From Cenococcum geophilum (Eukaryota), in assembly GCA_050273025.1 (NCBI GenBank), contig CP158635.1, positions 24,738,001-24,802,000 of the forward strand: DNA of 64,000 nt. The letters run 5' to 3'. The translations under genes and the position numbers were made by a program. Numbering within the stretch: the stretch's first letter is position 1; each line of letters opens with the position of its first letter. The notes beneath the pieces were generated by a model. The model did not search any database. It saw only the letters and a list, made by a program, of their open reading frames with translations, and was not told the origin of the DNA. Below, one piece after another: positions 52,501-64,000 of the stretch.

Positions 52501-53690
52501 GGAGTTCGAAGTACTGCTTAAGCTTAAAAAAAAATATCCAGCTAAAGAAGAAGGAATTTAACTATCTTTATAAGGATGCGAAGACCAACCCATCTAGAGT
52601 AATAGTAGATAAGAAATTCGGCAAACTAGCTATATTTTTCTGCATAGTTATTCTAATGTTTTAGATATATAGAGGGGAGTTAATACTCTAGTTTAATTAG
52701 TAAAAGCTTATCCTAAAAAACAGCTATTTTAAATTAGTTATATTATAGGCCAACCCTAATAATACTAAGGTGGCTATAATTATAGCTATAAAGGACCAAG
52801 TAAGGATAGAGTAAAGGCGCTAATATAAGGAACTTCTAGCTATATAAGAGGAAGATAGTAGCGATCTAAATACTAAACCTAAGATACTAAAACTTACCTA
52901 AGCCAAGTTATATACTAACGCGAAAACGGTAGTAAGCGTAGCCTAGGTTGTCTAATATTGGGACTAGTATACCCCTATTATAATTAAGTCTAATAAGTCT
53001 AATAAGTCTAATAATAAACGCCTAAAAACTTAAAGTTGTATACTTAAGGACCTAATTATTACTAAGTAAACTACTAACCCGCTTAGTAAGGAGTTCACTA
53101 ATATACTTAACCGCTATTTTTAACAAAATGTAAAGTTCTTTTAAGCTAAAAAAATCTATAATTATATTTATATTAAAAAATAAATAGATAGTTTAGCGTA
53201 TAAGATTATTATTACTACTTACTTACCTCTTATACTAGCTTATTAGTTTAATAGGCTATATAAAGAATACGGTAAAGATAAAGTACTCCGCTATATAGCC
53301 AGTATATCTAATATTAAGAAGGCTAAGGCTAGGCAAACCTTTAATACTAATAACTCTAAGTAGATCCTACTTTATACCTTTATATTAATTAGGCTGTCTA
53401 TTAACCTATAGCGCGTAAATTATACTATTATAGTTAAGCTAAGCTATAAGCTCTTAGAGGTAAAGTAACTATTTACTTAGATAGATCGATAAGGATAAAC
53501 TAAGCCCGTCTACTATAGTACTATTATAGCTAATTAGAAGTTAAGTATTAAGTAAAGGATATTAAAGTTAACTAAATTTATATTATTACTGCATAAGTTA
53601 ATATACAAGGAGAAGGCTAATTTAAGCTTAAAAGTAGGTTAAGGTAAAAAGGAAGACACTAAGACTATTTAATACTAGTAATAATTATAA
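49600..53690 (+). pseudogene. SNF2-like SF2 ATPase with a long charged N-terminus (Plavaka cargo)
   Basis: Motif I D(E)P(G)AGKTV(Q) (~51560), II IV(E)E.(H) (~52350), III C(T)(A)(T)(P)M (~52645), V (G)LSINL(Q)R(A)N (~53400), VI (Q)LF(A)(R).DR(Q)G(Q)TKPV (~53480). The start is approximate. Confidence 0.75.
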
Positions 53691-54099
53691 GAGTATAATA
53701 GAACTATAAATAGTTCTAAACACTATATATAGCCGCTATATAGTAAAACCTGTTATAATTATATAGTGGCGTATATATAGGCCAAGGGACGTATCTTCTA
53801 GTAACTTATAGGTAGTAGCGTAGCGTATATAGTAAACTTAGTTAACTAAAATATTTCTAGTATTATTATTTCTAAGAGAGTATTAAATTGCAGTTTATAG
53901 CACTTTTATTATTAAGGTAGTATTTAGCCGCAAATTATAGTATTATTATTAGCGGTATAGTATATAGCCGCAAAATGTAACTAAATACGGCTAAATACTA
54001 AAATTACTTAATTAGCATAAACCTAATTTAAGATACTAGTAAATTTTTTTGTAATACCACCCTACCCCCTATACTTACTAATATTAATAAAATATATAT

Positions 54100-54365
54100 A
54101 AAATATAAAATATATTATTTTTATTAATAATATTAAATTTATAAAAATTATACTTTTTTATATGCTTAGTAATATTAATAAAGCGTATATAAAATATTAA
54201 AATTATAAAAATTACACATTTATATATGCTTAGTAATATTAATAAAGTGTATATAAAATATTAAAATTATAAAAATTATACATTTATATATGCTTAGTAA
54301 TATTAATAAAGTATATATAAAATATTAAAATTATGAAAATTATACTTTTATATATGCTTAGTAAT
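54100..54365 (+). repeat. Right subterminal array, 64-bp unit, about 4 copies
   Basis: tgcttagtaat recurs at 54163, 54227, 54291 and 54355. Short aaatgc/gcattt motifs follow up to the TIR. Confidence 0.88.
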
Positions 54366-54546
54366 CTTATAGTTAGTACTTAGTAGCTAAATATTAACAC
54401 TTAATTCTAAATGCTAACACTTAATTCTAAATGCCGCATTTAGCAGCTAAATACTAACACTTAATTCTAAATGCCGCATTTGGCAGCTAAATGCTAGGAA
54501 ATGCTAGAAATGCTAGAAAATGCTAAAATGGCAGAAAAGTAAAATT

Positions 54547-54572
54547 AAATACTGGTAAATTTTTTCCTAATA
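54547..54572 (-). repeat. Right TIR
   Basis: aaatactggtaaattttttcctaata is the reverse complement of the left TIR, with RIP-type changes. Confidence 0.92.
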
Positions 54573-54915
54573 TTAGCAGCTTTACCCCTTCTTATATAAC
54601 TTTAAAGTGTATTTATATAAGGAATCCTTTAAGCTTTAATCTTTCTCCTAAGTACCTTTTAATTAATAATAACTTAATCTTTACTGCTTCTATTTTATTA
54701 ATCCTTTCTTCTAGTACCGCATTATTAGTTGTTAACTAGTTAACTATCTCTTATAGTTATCCAACCGTTATAGGTTGCTATAAATTAGTATCTACTATAC
54801 TAGTATTACCTCCTAACCTTAAAGTAGTTACCGCCGTTAATAGCATTATAGTAGCTGCTTTTGGTGGTATATTATTTAACTTTCTATATTTAATACTATA
54901 ACTAGGTAGTAATTA

Positions 54916-55340
54916 TATAACGGAACCTTATAGCAAGTACTATAATAGGCTCGTTATTAGGCTAGGTATATAGGTAATATAAATTAAAGTTAACAATATA
55001 ATAATAACTAGTAGAGTGGTTGCCTAATAGATTAACTCTAATTATATTCTAAGAATTATTATAAGAAAGGAACTATCTAGGTAGGGACTAAGGGTCCTTA
55101 AATACACAACCGTACTCCTATAAAAATCCTTCTTATATATAATATACGTATACTCTATTTACTCTATCGCGGATCGCGTAGATCCCGCAGATTATACAGA
55201 TTACATTACATAACTTTAGCTACTATTCCTTGTTATATAGCTCTACCGGCTCTATCTTAGACCGTGCTTATATTAACTAACTAGCTTCTTCCAACTCTTC
55301 TCTAAGTAGTTATAACATTGTACTTAAAGCGTCCGTAACA
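54916..55340 (-). repeat. 5' LTR of Gypsy copy C
   Basis: tataacggaacc...gtccgtaaca. The gag 5' part lies at about 54575-54872 on the minus strand. Confidence 0.95.
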
Positions 55341-55345
55341 GGTAT

Positions 55346-56531
55346 TAGAGCTATACTAGCTATAATAGGCTTTAGGTAAAAACATTAACGGTAAGTCTAC
55401 TTAATAATTACCTCTAGACCTAGTTATATATTAATTATATAAATAGATACTATTACTTTAAAAGAGCGGAACTAGACTATAGGCCATCTTAGTAGTATAT
55501 ATAAGAGGTATTATATACTAATATATATTGCACGCAATTACTAGAGTATTTATTTTAGAAGTCCTTTATAGGATTTTCTTATTAAATCTATTACGAGAAT
55601 AGGGCTATTATAAGATTAACGAGCGCCTATAGAGCTTAATAATAACTAGCTAAAAGAAGTCCGCAATAACCCTAAGCTTAGAGCGCTTTATAATAAATAA
55701 GAAGGATATAAAAACCTTATCTATAATAAAGGCCTCTACCCTATTACTAAGGTTAAAGGCACTAAATTATACTAGTAATATAATAAGACTAAGCGGAATA
55801 TTAGTATAATGTATTAAAGGTTATAAAGGGAATAATTAATAACCGCTATTTACGAATTCTATAACTTAATTAACACGATTAAAATAGCTAGGTAGCTTAG
55901 TAGGAAGGGCCTAACTAAGGTATTAATACTACTAAGGGTAGAATTTAAACTTTAAGAGCGGGCTACTATTACTAGAATGCTTTTCGCACCTTTTAAAAAT
56001 AAAAAAGCCTAGGTTAAGTTTATTGAAAACCTAGCTTAACTATATTATTAATAAGAAACGGCTTAACGTAAACCTTTAAAACGGAAGAAAATAGACTTTA
56101 TTATTTTTAAAAGTAAGAAAGTATCTTATATGCGAAAGTGAAAGGATATTAGCCTTAAGAGTACTTTAAATTACTAAACTCCTAACTATATATCCCTAAA
56201 GGAAGAGTCGCTAGATAATAAAGATTATAGGTCTGTTTAATAAGAGCTTAGCACTTTAGATACCGCTAAAGCCAAGATTGTTTAGTTATATCCTATAGAA
56301 CTTCCCTACCTAGTATAGCTTATTTATATAGGTAATAATGAGTTCTTGCACAAAAAACAGATGCGCTATATACTGTAAAAAGACGTCCTAAAGAAGCACG
56401 TAGAAACCCACTTTTAACTCCCCGAATATTAAAGAGAGTTTTAATATCGCCACCCTAAATATTCTATTAAGCTAGATAATATAATATATTTTAAGAGATA
56501 TATATTTAATGCGTATAAAGTGTCTTATTAA
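55346..56531 (+). pseudogene. DUF3435 tyrosine recombinase, 3' part with C-terminal C2H2-like fingers
   Basis: Joins 22240 in frame as KEALELY(Q)L(R)(R)A(S)GKNIN. Then RN(Q)T(M)GH....Y(E)RYY, and at the end (C)LI(C)...KKHVETH and (C)RHPK(C)...(H)FKR(H)...(H). Confidence 0.82.
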
Positions 56532-57499
56532 TATACGCGGACTTCCCCTTTACTAGTATATATTGTAAGGGGAACGTATTATTATTACTATCTCTATATT
56601 TAAGATAATAAGTAAAAAAAGAGAGGGAAGGAAGGAAGGGAGGAAGGTAGTAGTAGGTAGCTCCTTCTCTCTTTAGTAATATATTATATTATATTAAGAA
56701 GTTTTCCTTTAGAGAAAATTCTTAATTAGAAAGAGTAGTAAGGGAAGTAAAAGAGATAGGGGGTAACTTAGCCGCAAGAGTCTATAATAAGGTCCTCTTT
56801 ATAGCGAAAGGTATTAGTATTGCTCCTATTTATCGTCTGTTTAGCACTTACTTATCGCCTATAATAAGTAGACAGCTTATATAACGTTTATTACTTATCT
56901 AGTTTTTTTATTAAAATTTCATATAGGTTTAAAGCTATTATTAAACTTACTTAATAGCGTAGAGTAGAAGGTAGTTAAAATAATTATACTACTATATATA
57001 GAGCTAGAAGACCGGCCGTAGTACCTGCTACTATTATATTAAAATATTGTTCTACCTAGTTAATACCTCTAAAGAAGAAGTATATACTAAGGATAAGGAG
57101 TAAGTTTAAGAGCATACTACTAATTAAGGAAGTTTTATAATAGTAATCTGGCCCATAAGGTGATAAGCTCCGCACCACTTAGCTATACAAACTAAAAGGT
57201 AAGCGAGTGACTAGCTTAATGCCAGGCACTGCTATGCGGAACAATATATATAGGCGAGGTGACTTCGTCACCTAACAGGCCCTTAGTTAGGGCTAAGATA
57301 GAGATAATTAATTTAATAGCATTTCTGCGCTAAATGTTAGATAATATTAGGATAAATAAGAAGCGGAAAAATATACCTAAAAGTTGCGTTTAAAAGACCA
57401 CTTAATATATTACCGGCGCGGAGCGTAATCGCTTTAGTAGCATAATTAAGCATTATAGTAAGCGGAATAATGGTGATGAAGTTAACAATAAATATAGTA

Positions 57500-59505
57500 A
57501 TACTATTAATGTAAAGATAATTAACTACAAAGCTGACGGGAACGGTAGGGGGGGTGTATTTATTTATAAGCTAAATAAGATAGCACAAACCTAATCCTTA
57601 GTAGGTATATTACGCTTTAAAGCTACTTTTAGTCTTTTCTTTTTAATTATTGGCTTAGAATATAAGGATCTTTATAGGCCTATACCGGCCTCTTTATTAG
57701 GTTATTTATTATTAGGCCTTATTTAGGCTGCTTAATAGGCTTTTAAGAGTGTTATTAGATCTAAATATACTATTATAAGTACGGTTTTTAATTTTTCCTA
57801 GAAAGAGTATAATAGAGAAGGGTAATTTTATAGTTTAGAGGGTACCTATATATAGCAAAGACTAAGAAGTTTAATAATACTTAGGCCAACACTAACGCCT
57901 TAAATCCATAATAGTGCGTTTAACTTTTTTAGAGTTAATTTTATAAGCAAGGATCTAAAATAAATTCTAAAATAGTTACTATAGAGGAAATAAGGATTAA
58001 CGTTAATAACTAGACAAAACGGCTAGTAAAAAAAAGAAGGTAAAGTATTCCAATAAATAAATAATAAGTAAAAAGTAAACCAACTACTTATAGAAATAAG
58101 GACGCAGTAAAATATATAAATAAGGGTATAAGTTTATGTGCCTAAGTACTAGCTATTTAGTATTTTAAATATAAGGCAGATTAATAGAAGTTATTATACC
58201 GCCTATATAAGGCGGACCGCTTATAAAGGGCTTAGCTAGAATACTAATTAAACCACCTTATAACGCACTAATAGCTCCTTTACTATAGATAGGGAGTAAA
58301 TATATAAGATTAACTAGCTAAGATAAGTCTACTGCTTAAGTGATATCCTACTCTATAAAGGGTAGGCGTTAAAAGTAGATTATATAATGCTATTCTTGCT
58401 AAGTAAGGCGTTATTAGAAGGTTATTATTAGCTTTAAGTTCTAGTTTATAATTTTATATAAACGCCTCTAAACCCTATACTATTAGGGCTGTCTAAAAGC
58501 TAAGTTGCCTATTTACCTTGTCTTAATCTTAGGCCTAGCTTATTAGCTATTAAGGTAATAGGAAGTTACATTAAGGCGTATAATAGGGCTTAAGTAAAGC
58601 TATATAACTGGATAGGTATTACTATATAAAATAACGCTTAACTAGCTGCCTCTATATCGCCGTCTTAGAATAATTAAAAAGAAAGGGGTTAATGCTAGCC
58701 CTTATTATTTAATATAACCCTCCTATAGAGGTATAGTAAAGGTAGATATAGATAGGGAAGGATTATGCTCCTATTATAGCACATTTGGGATACTACACTA
58801 GTATCCCTAAGTTAGTAAATTAGTTTAACTTTTAAGGTATAGTTAAAGCGGAATCTACTATTAGCTTTCCTATTAGCTAAGTAATAAAAAGGAGTAGGAT
58901 ATAAAAGGCCTTTATATCCTTTAACTAAACCTATATTAAGTATAGTATCCTTTAAGGAAATCCCTCCTTACTTTCTTATAAGGATACTTAAACTATTAGC
59001 TGCCTTATCTCTTTAATAATAAGTAACTCGGACGCCATAATAGAGGATACTATATTATATTAGGCTAAGGTGCGCTCTAAATATTAAATTCTTTATAGGA
59101 TACCGCTAACAGAGCTAAGATATACCGTATACTTTTAATCCTAAGGGCTTTAATAAGGCCGTTAATACAGTAGGGTAAGTATGCGATAGTTACTTCCCTA
59201 TAGTTATATCCGTTTACTAGCTTACTAATATAAGTAGGATATTTAGTTAGCACTAGAACGTAAAAGTAATTTAAAGAATAATAAGGCTAATATAAAAGGA
59301 ACTATAAGGAAATACTTACTCCGTACTAATAAGATAAAGAAGTCATCTTAATATAGTCTGTTTAGTAACTCCTTTTAATAAAGCTTACTAACCCCTAGCT
59401 TACTTTATTAGGGGTAATAAAGAGATTAGGTAGCTTAGTTAATTAACTTAGCTATAGGCTTAGCTAACTTAATAGGAGAGTTAGTAGCTTTAAAAAATAT
59501 GACCG
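57500..59505 (-). pseudogene. RIP-degenerate spliced gene of unknown function
   Basis: Codon-like frames with only RIP-type stops, and an intron-like gtaag...gctaac...tag at about 59320-59230. No recognisable domain. Confidence 0.4.
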
Positions 59506-60321
59506 CTATATTATAAGGTATTTGTGTAAGAGTGGAGCTGCATTAGGAAATAGAAGTTTCCGCAGCAGGAAATGGATGCTCGCTTAGCATCTCGCCGCTT
59601 TTATTTGGCCCGTGCGCTGACCTCATCATATAAAAGCACGCTTCCCTCGCCGGTTTACTTTCCTCCCTCCATCGTCTCTTTTCCCCCAATACCGCGCTTT
59701 CTCCTTATTAGACGCTTGAACTGTATCTATAAGGCATTTTCTCTCCCCTTAGCAATTATGCAATCGCTACACTGCCCGGCTGTCTCTAATTTTCCTCCCT
59801 TTTATGGACCGCCGACGACGGCGCTACGCTGCAATACGTCCCTTGGCAGTCCCTATTTATACCTCTCCTCTTTAACATTTAGTAAGTATCTCTGCCCCTG
59901 CCTAGGTTTTTATCCACTCTATTTCCCTCGGGTTTCCTGTAGCTAGGCAGTGTTTTTAAAGTCTCTTCTGCCCTTTGTATAAGAATCGCTTATAAACAGG
60001 TACTGATTTCCTTTTCCTTCTCGCATTACTTCTATACCTTTTAGTTTCCCCCCTTTAGAAGCCGACGTTCCCTCCTATAGCTTCTTACTTTAGAGATCTT
60101 CGGCCACCTACTATATTAATAATTACGCGGAACGGCAATAGAGTCGCCTTAGACGCCCCAATAATATCTTAGTAGGAGGGGTTAAGCCTATATAGTTTTA
60201 GCTAGACGCTTAGTAAGCTTATGGGACTATATAGTTTTAGGGAAACAATTGGCCTTAAACCCTCTAAGTGTCGCTACTAGCCCAGTTTCACTGGAAAGTT
60301 AGGCTAGGTAAGCACGGCTAT

Positions 60322-60746
60322 TGTTACAGACGCTTTAAGTACGATGTTACGACTACTTGGAGAAGAGACGGAAGAAGCTAGTTGGTTGATTTAGGCATAG
60401 TCTAGGATGGAGCCGATAGAACCATATAACGAGGAATAGTAACCAAGGTTACATAATATGCTACGTATTAAACAAGAGGAATGAGAGGAACTTACATACC
60501 TTACGTATAAGACGTATATTACGTATAAGAAGGATTTTATAGGAGTACGGTTATGTATTTAAGGACCCTTAGTCCCTACCTAAATAGTTCCTTTCTTGTA
60601 GTAATTCTTAGAATATAATTAGAGTTAATCTATTAGGCAACTACTCCACCAGTTATTATTACGTTGTTAACTTTTATACTTGCATTTTCTATACACTTAG
60701 CCCAATAATAAGCCCACCGTAGTTCTTGCTACAAGGTTCCGTTATA
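60322..60746 (+). repeat. 5' LTR of Gypsy copy D
   Basis: Reverse complement of the copy C LTRs: tgttacagacgc...ttccgttata. Confidence 0.93.
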
Positions 60747-63700
60747 TAATTACTACCTAGTTATAGTATTAATATAAGAAGTTAAATAACATGCCACTAA
60801 AAGCAGCCACTATGACGCTATTAACGGCAGCAACTACTTTAAGGACAGGAGGTGATACTAGTATAGCAGATACTAACTTATAGCAACCTATAACGGTCGG
60901 ATAGCTATAGGAAATAGTTAACTAGCTAACAGCTAATAATATAGTGTTAGAAGAAAGACTTAACGGGATAGGAGCAGCAAAGATTAAGCTATTATTAATT
61001 AAGAGATTTATAGGAAAGAGGTTAAAGCTTAAAGGATTTCTTACGTAAATGTACTTTAAGGTCTTATAAGAGGGAGTAAAGTTACCTATACCCATAGATT
61101 GGATAGCCTACGCAGGACTATTCTTATTAGGAAAAGTACTTAAGTGGTTTAAACTTTACCTTATAGAGATATAGATAAACGGAATAACGACTACTAACTA
61201 AGACGTGTAATTTATGTTCTTAAGTTGGGAAGGATTTACAGAACGACTTACGCAGATATTTGGAGACCTAGAAGAAATAACTATAGCGGAAAGAAAACTC
61301 TAGAACCTCGTGTAATAAACTTTAGCAATTAAGTATATAATATAGTTTCAGATACTAGCAATATAAGTAAAGTAGAATAATAGGGCGCTTAAGGCATAGT
61401 ACAAACAGGGACTTAAGGCTAAAGTCTAGGACGCGATTATCCTAATAAAAGATGCGGACACCCTAAGGGAACTAATAGATTAGGTAATTAAGATTAATAA
61501 TTAGATCTACTAAAGGGAATAGGCTAAGAGAGGCTAAGATAGAGTTCTATAGTTATATAAGGCGTAGAGTACGCAATAACAAAAGCTAAGTTAGAAACTA
61601 TAGTATAGCGTAGAGCTAATGGACCTAAGTGGCACTAAAAAAGCCTATAAGAGATAGAGTAAACTATAGAAACCTAGAGGATAAGGATTAGGTAATTAAA
61701 GGTCTAAGGAGTAGAGGCTGAATTAGGGATCTTATTAGCAGAAGACATTTAGGCGGACTCTATAGTAAGAGAAATGGTTTAAAAAAGGAGCTTACATAAA
61801 TTGCGGAAAATAAAGTTATTACGTTAGAGACTATAAAAGTAGGTAGAGTTATTATATAGTAAAGGGTATAAGACTAGTAGACGATATATACGTATAAAGG
61901 GACGATAATGTGCTATAAGGAACAAAAGAATGTTTAATTAGAAGTTTTGCGTTTTGTTATAATAACGCATACCAAATTTATAAGGATGCTAAGTATGGCA
62001 TAAGCTATTAGCTATAAGAGCCAGCACCTATAGGATATAAAGGAACTAATAAACTAGTTCGCAGATTAGATATTAAGGACGATGAATTTAACCTAGGTAA
62101 AATATTCTGTAACGATAAGGCAACAAGGGCCGCTTACTAGGAGTAAGTAAACCTTAGAAATATTATACTAGAGGTAGAGGATAATTCCACTATAGAATAG
62201 GGAATATTAGTAGGGATCGAAACCCCACTAGACACGATGTTTATCGCTTTATAAAACGCAAGAGAAGTAAAATAGTAAACCACTTCGGCACTTAATAAAG
62301 GCAAAAGGCTAAAGGCTTAAGATTTTTATAGCGAGATAAGAGATAACTAAGATTTTTAAAACGAGATAAGGCAAGCTTAAGGACCTATAATAGATAATAA
62401 CCAATAGAGCAGAGTAGCAGCTTAGTTTAAAAATATATAAATAAGCTTAGGATAGAAGTTCCTGCAGGTATAAGATTCTTAAGATAAGATAAGAACACTA
62501 AGTAAGCCTAGTTAGACTAAGGCTAAAGCTAAGCTTAAGTTAGAAGCGAGCTTAGGATTAAAGAACCTAAGGGGTTAAGAATTTGGAGTACAAATTAGGA
62601 CACCTATAGATAAGAGGTAAAGAGCTTCTTTATAGATTAGAGAATCTGCGGTATAAATAGTAATTAGATTAGGAGACGAATATATAAACCTAGAGGATTT
62701 ACTAGTTAAATAAAGTATTCGGACTAAAGATCAAAAAATTAATACTAGGATTAAGAAGTAAGACGACTTTAAGGATTAGAGCGTAAGGCGCAAACTAAAA
62801 GAAACTATAAAAGAGTTTAGGCAAAGAATTATTACATAGTAAGAACAGAAACTAGATAAAAGATCTAGTATATTGGGATATATAAAGGATAGAGTATTAG
62901 TATAAAGAATTACTAATAGACTAAGAGTAGGTATACTAAGAGCTAAGTAGCTTACCAAACTGGAAGATAAAGAGGATTTAGGGATTCTAACTAGGTTCGA
63001 GAAACAATATATAAAGGGCTATCACAATACAGTAATAAGAAGATACTTCTTTATAGATAGACTGTATATACTCTAGCAGCTATACTAAAAGTAGTATAGG
63101 CAAAGGCATAATAATAAGTAGGAAGATTTCTATATATAATTAGATAAAAAAGTTATTTAGAACTACCTAATTATAGAAAAGGCCATAACGCATATTAAAG
63201 GAGCCTTAATTATAATGTTAAAGGATCTAGAGGAACGTTTAGAGGACTAGAGAAGTAAGAGGCGCATCTTAGTACCTGTAAATAAAGTTATAACGTTTAG
63301 ATTAGTACAATAAAGGTTTAAACTTAAGGATAAAAATAAGCTAAGAGTTAACCTAAAGCACCTAGCACACTATACGTTATTATGGAATGCGTGCGTAAAC
63401 GATATATACGAAATATATAAGAATCTAAAGGAAAAGAATCGGAAATACCCTATAAGGATATACTAGATAACAGATAAGTAATAATATAGGAATGCCAAAT
63501 ATATATATAGATGGCATCCAGCAGAGGTCCAAGAGGAAGAAAGTTTAGTACTTTAACTAGAAAGATTCCTTATGGAAGAATGCTTAGACGGATAATAGTA
63601 GTAGGAATACCTAGAAAATATATATCTATGGTATATTAAAGATAAAAAGCGAACTAGGTATTGGCTAAAGAGTAAGCTAAGTATATTAGGATTAAGCAGC

Positions 63701-64000
63701 TAATAGATAGGAAAAGTAGAGGCCTACGGAACTAAAGGGAGCTAATAGTAGAGCCTTAAACCCTTAAAAGAATTTAAGGATAACACCTAAATTTATAAGT
63801 TAATTGGTAAGATTAGCAGTTTAAAGCGCTAATAGATAATAGAGTAACGCAAAACTATATTTTACTAGCAGCAGTTAAGAGAATAGGACTACCTTATAGA
63901 CAAAAGAAACAACTTTACCTATTAGTTATAATTTTAGGAGATCTAATAACCTATAGAGGAGGGATTATTAATCTTAAAATAGGACCTATTTAGATAACTA
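60322..64000 (+). mobile_element. Gypsy chromovirus copy D, 5' part (runs off the right edge)
   Basis: LTR at 60322-60746, gag ATG at 60791, zinc knuckle near 61800, protease FKALID at about 63825. Confidence 0.93.

Larger units (their letters stand above)
29282..54572 (-). mobile_element. 25.3-kb Plavaka (CMC/EnSpm-related) TIR DNA transposon with cargo genes
   Basis: About 26-bp TIRs, a 2-bp TT TSD whose removal restores the Gypsy gag frame, subterminal repeat arrays, and a Plavaka transposase. Confidence 0.9.
22241..55340 (-). mobile_element. Full-length Gypsy chromovirus copy C (about 7.8 kb net), expanded to 33 kb by a nested DNA transposon
   Basis: LTRs at 22241-22664 and 54916-55340. 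TSD ggcac / ggtat (RIP variant). PPT at 22665-22681. Domain order is gag-PR-RT-RH-IN-chromo. Confidence 0.95.

Noticed and set aside
57279..57297. 5' terminus of the 7147-20590 Helitron displaced by the DUF3435 insertion
   Set aside because: Only 6 bp (ttagcc) match the 3' subterminal sequence, and the missing half of the Gypsy B LTR does not resume after it.
59572..59946. 124-aa ORF as a real gene or effector
   Set aside because: No signal peptide or recognisable domain. It lies in a pyrimidine-rich, promoter-like stretch. It cannot be excluded but is unsupported.
1..64000. Alternative genetic code or AT-rich bacterial/organellar origin to explain the many TAA/TAG codons
   Set aside because: Stops fall at Gln, Arg and Trp positions alike and come with general C>T/G>A changes between paired LTRs. 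That is the RIP pattern, and all recognisable elements are fungal.

Overview
This is a fungal (filamentous ascomycete) AT-rich repeat block, heavily mutated by Repeat-Induced Point mutation (RIP: TpA excess, CpA/TpG depletion, many CAA/CAG/CGA/TGG codons turned into stops). I see no intact host gene. Almost all of it resolves into nested mobile elements, most with boundaries supported by target-site duplications (TSDs). From left to right: (1) the 3' end of a chromodomain Gypsy element; (2) a second Gypsy fragment split by a 5'-truncated Tad1-like LINE; (3) a Helitron with a DUF3716 cargo gene, split by a full-length Copia element; (4) a DUF3435 tyrosine-recombinase gene of Starship-captain type, split by a full-length Gypsy element; (5) inside that Gypsy, a 25.3-kb TIR transposon with a Plavaka-type transposase; (6) an unknown spliced gene relic; (7) the 5' half of a fourth Gypsy copy. 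The Plavaka element carries four cargo genes, including a zinc-knuckle + UPF1-like SF1 helicase and a divergently transcribed SNF2-like ATPase, and has been hit by young gag-only GalEa-type mini LTR elements. It is the best candidate for an undescribed system. Protein calls come from reading motifs by eye with RIP changes mentally reverted (restored residues in parentheses). No database searches were run, and gene start/stop coordinates are approximate.
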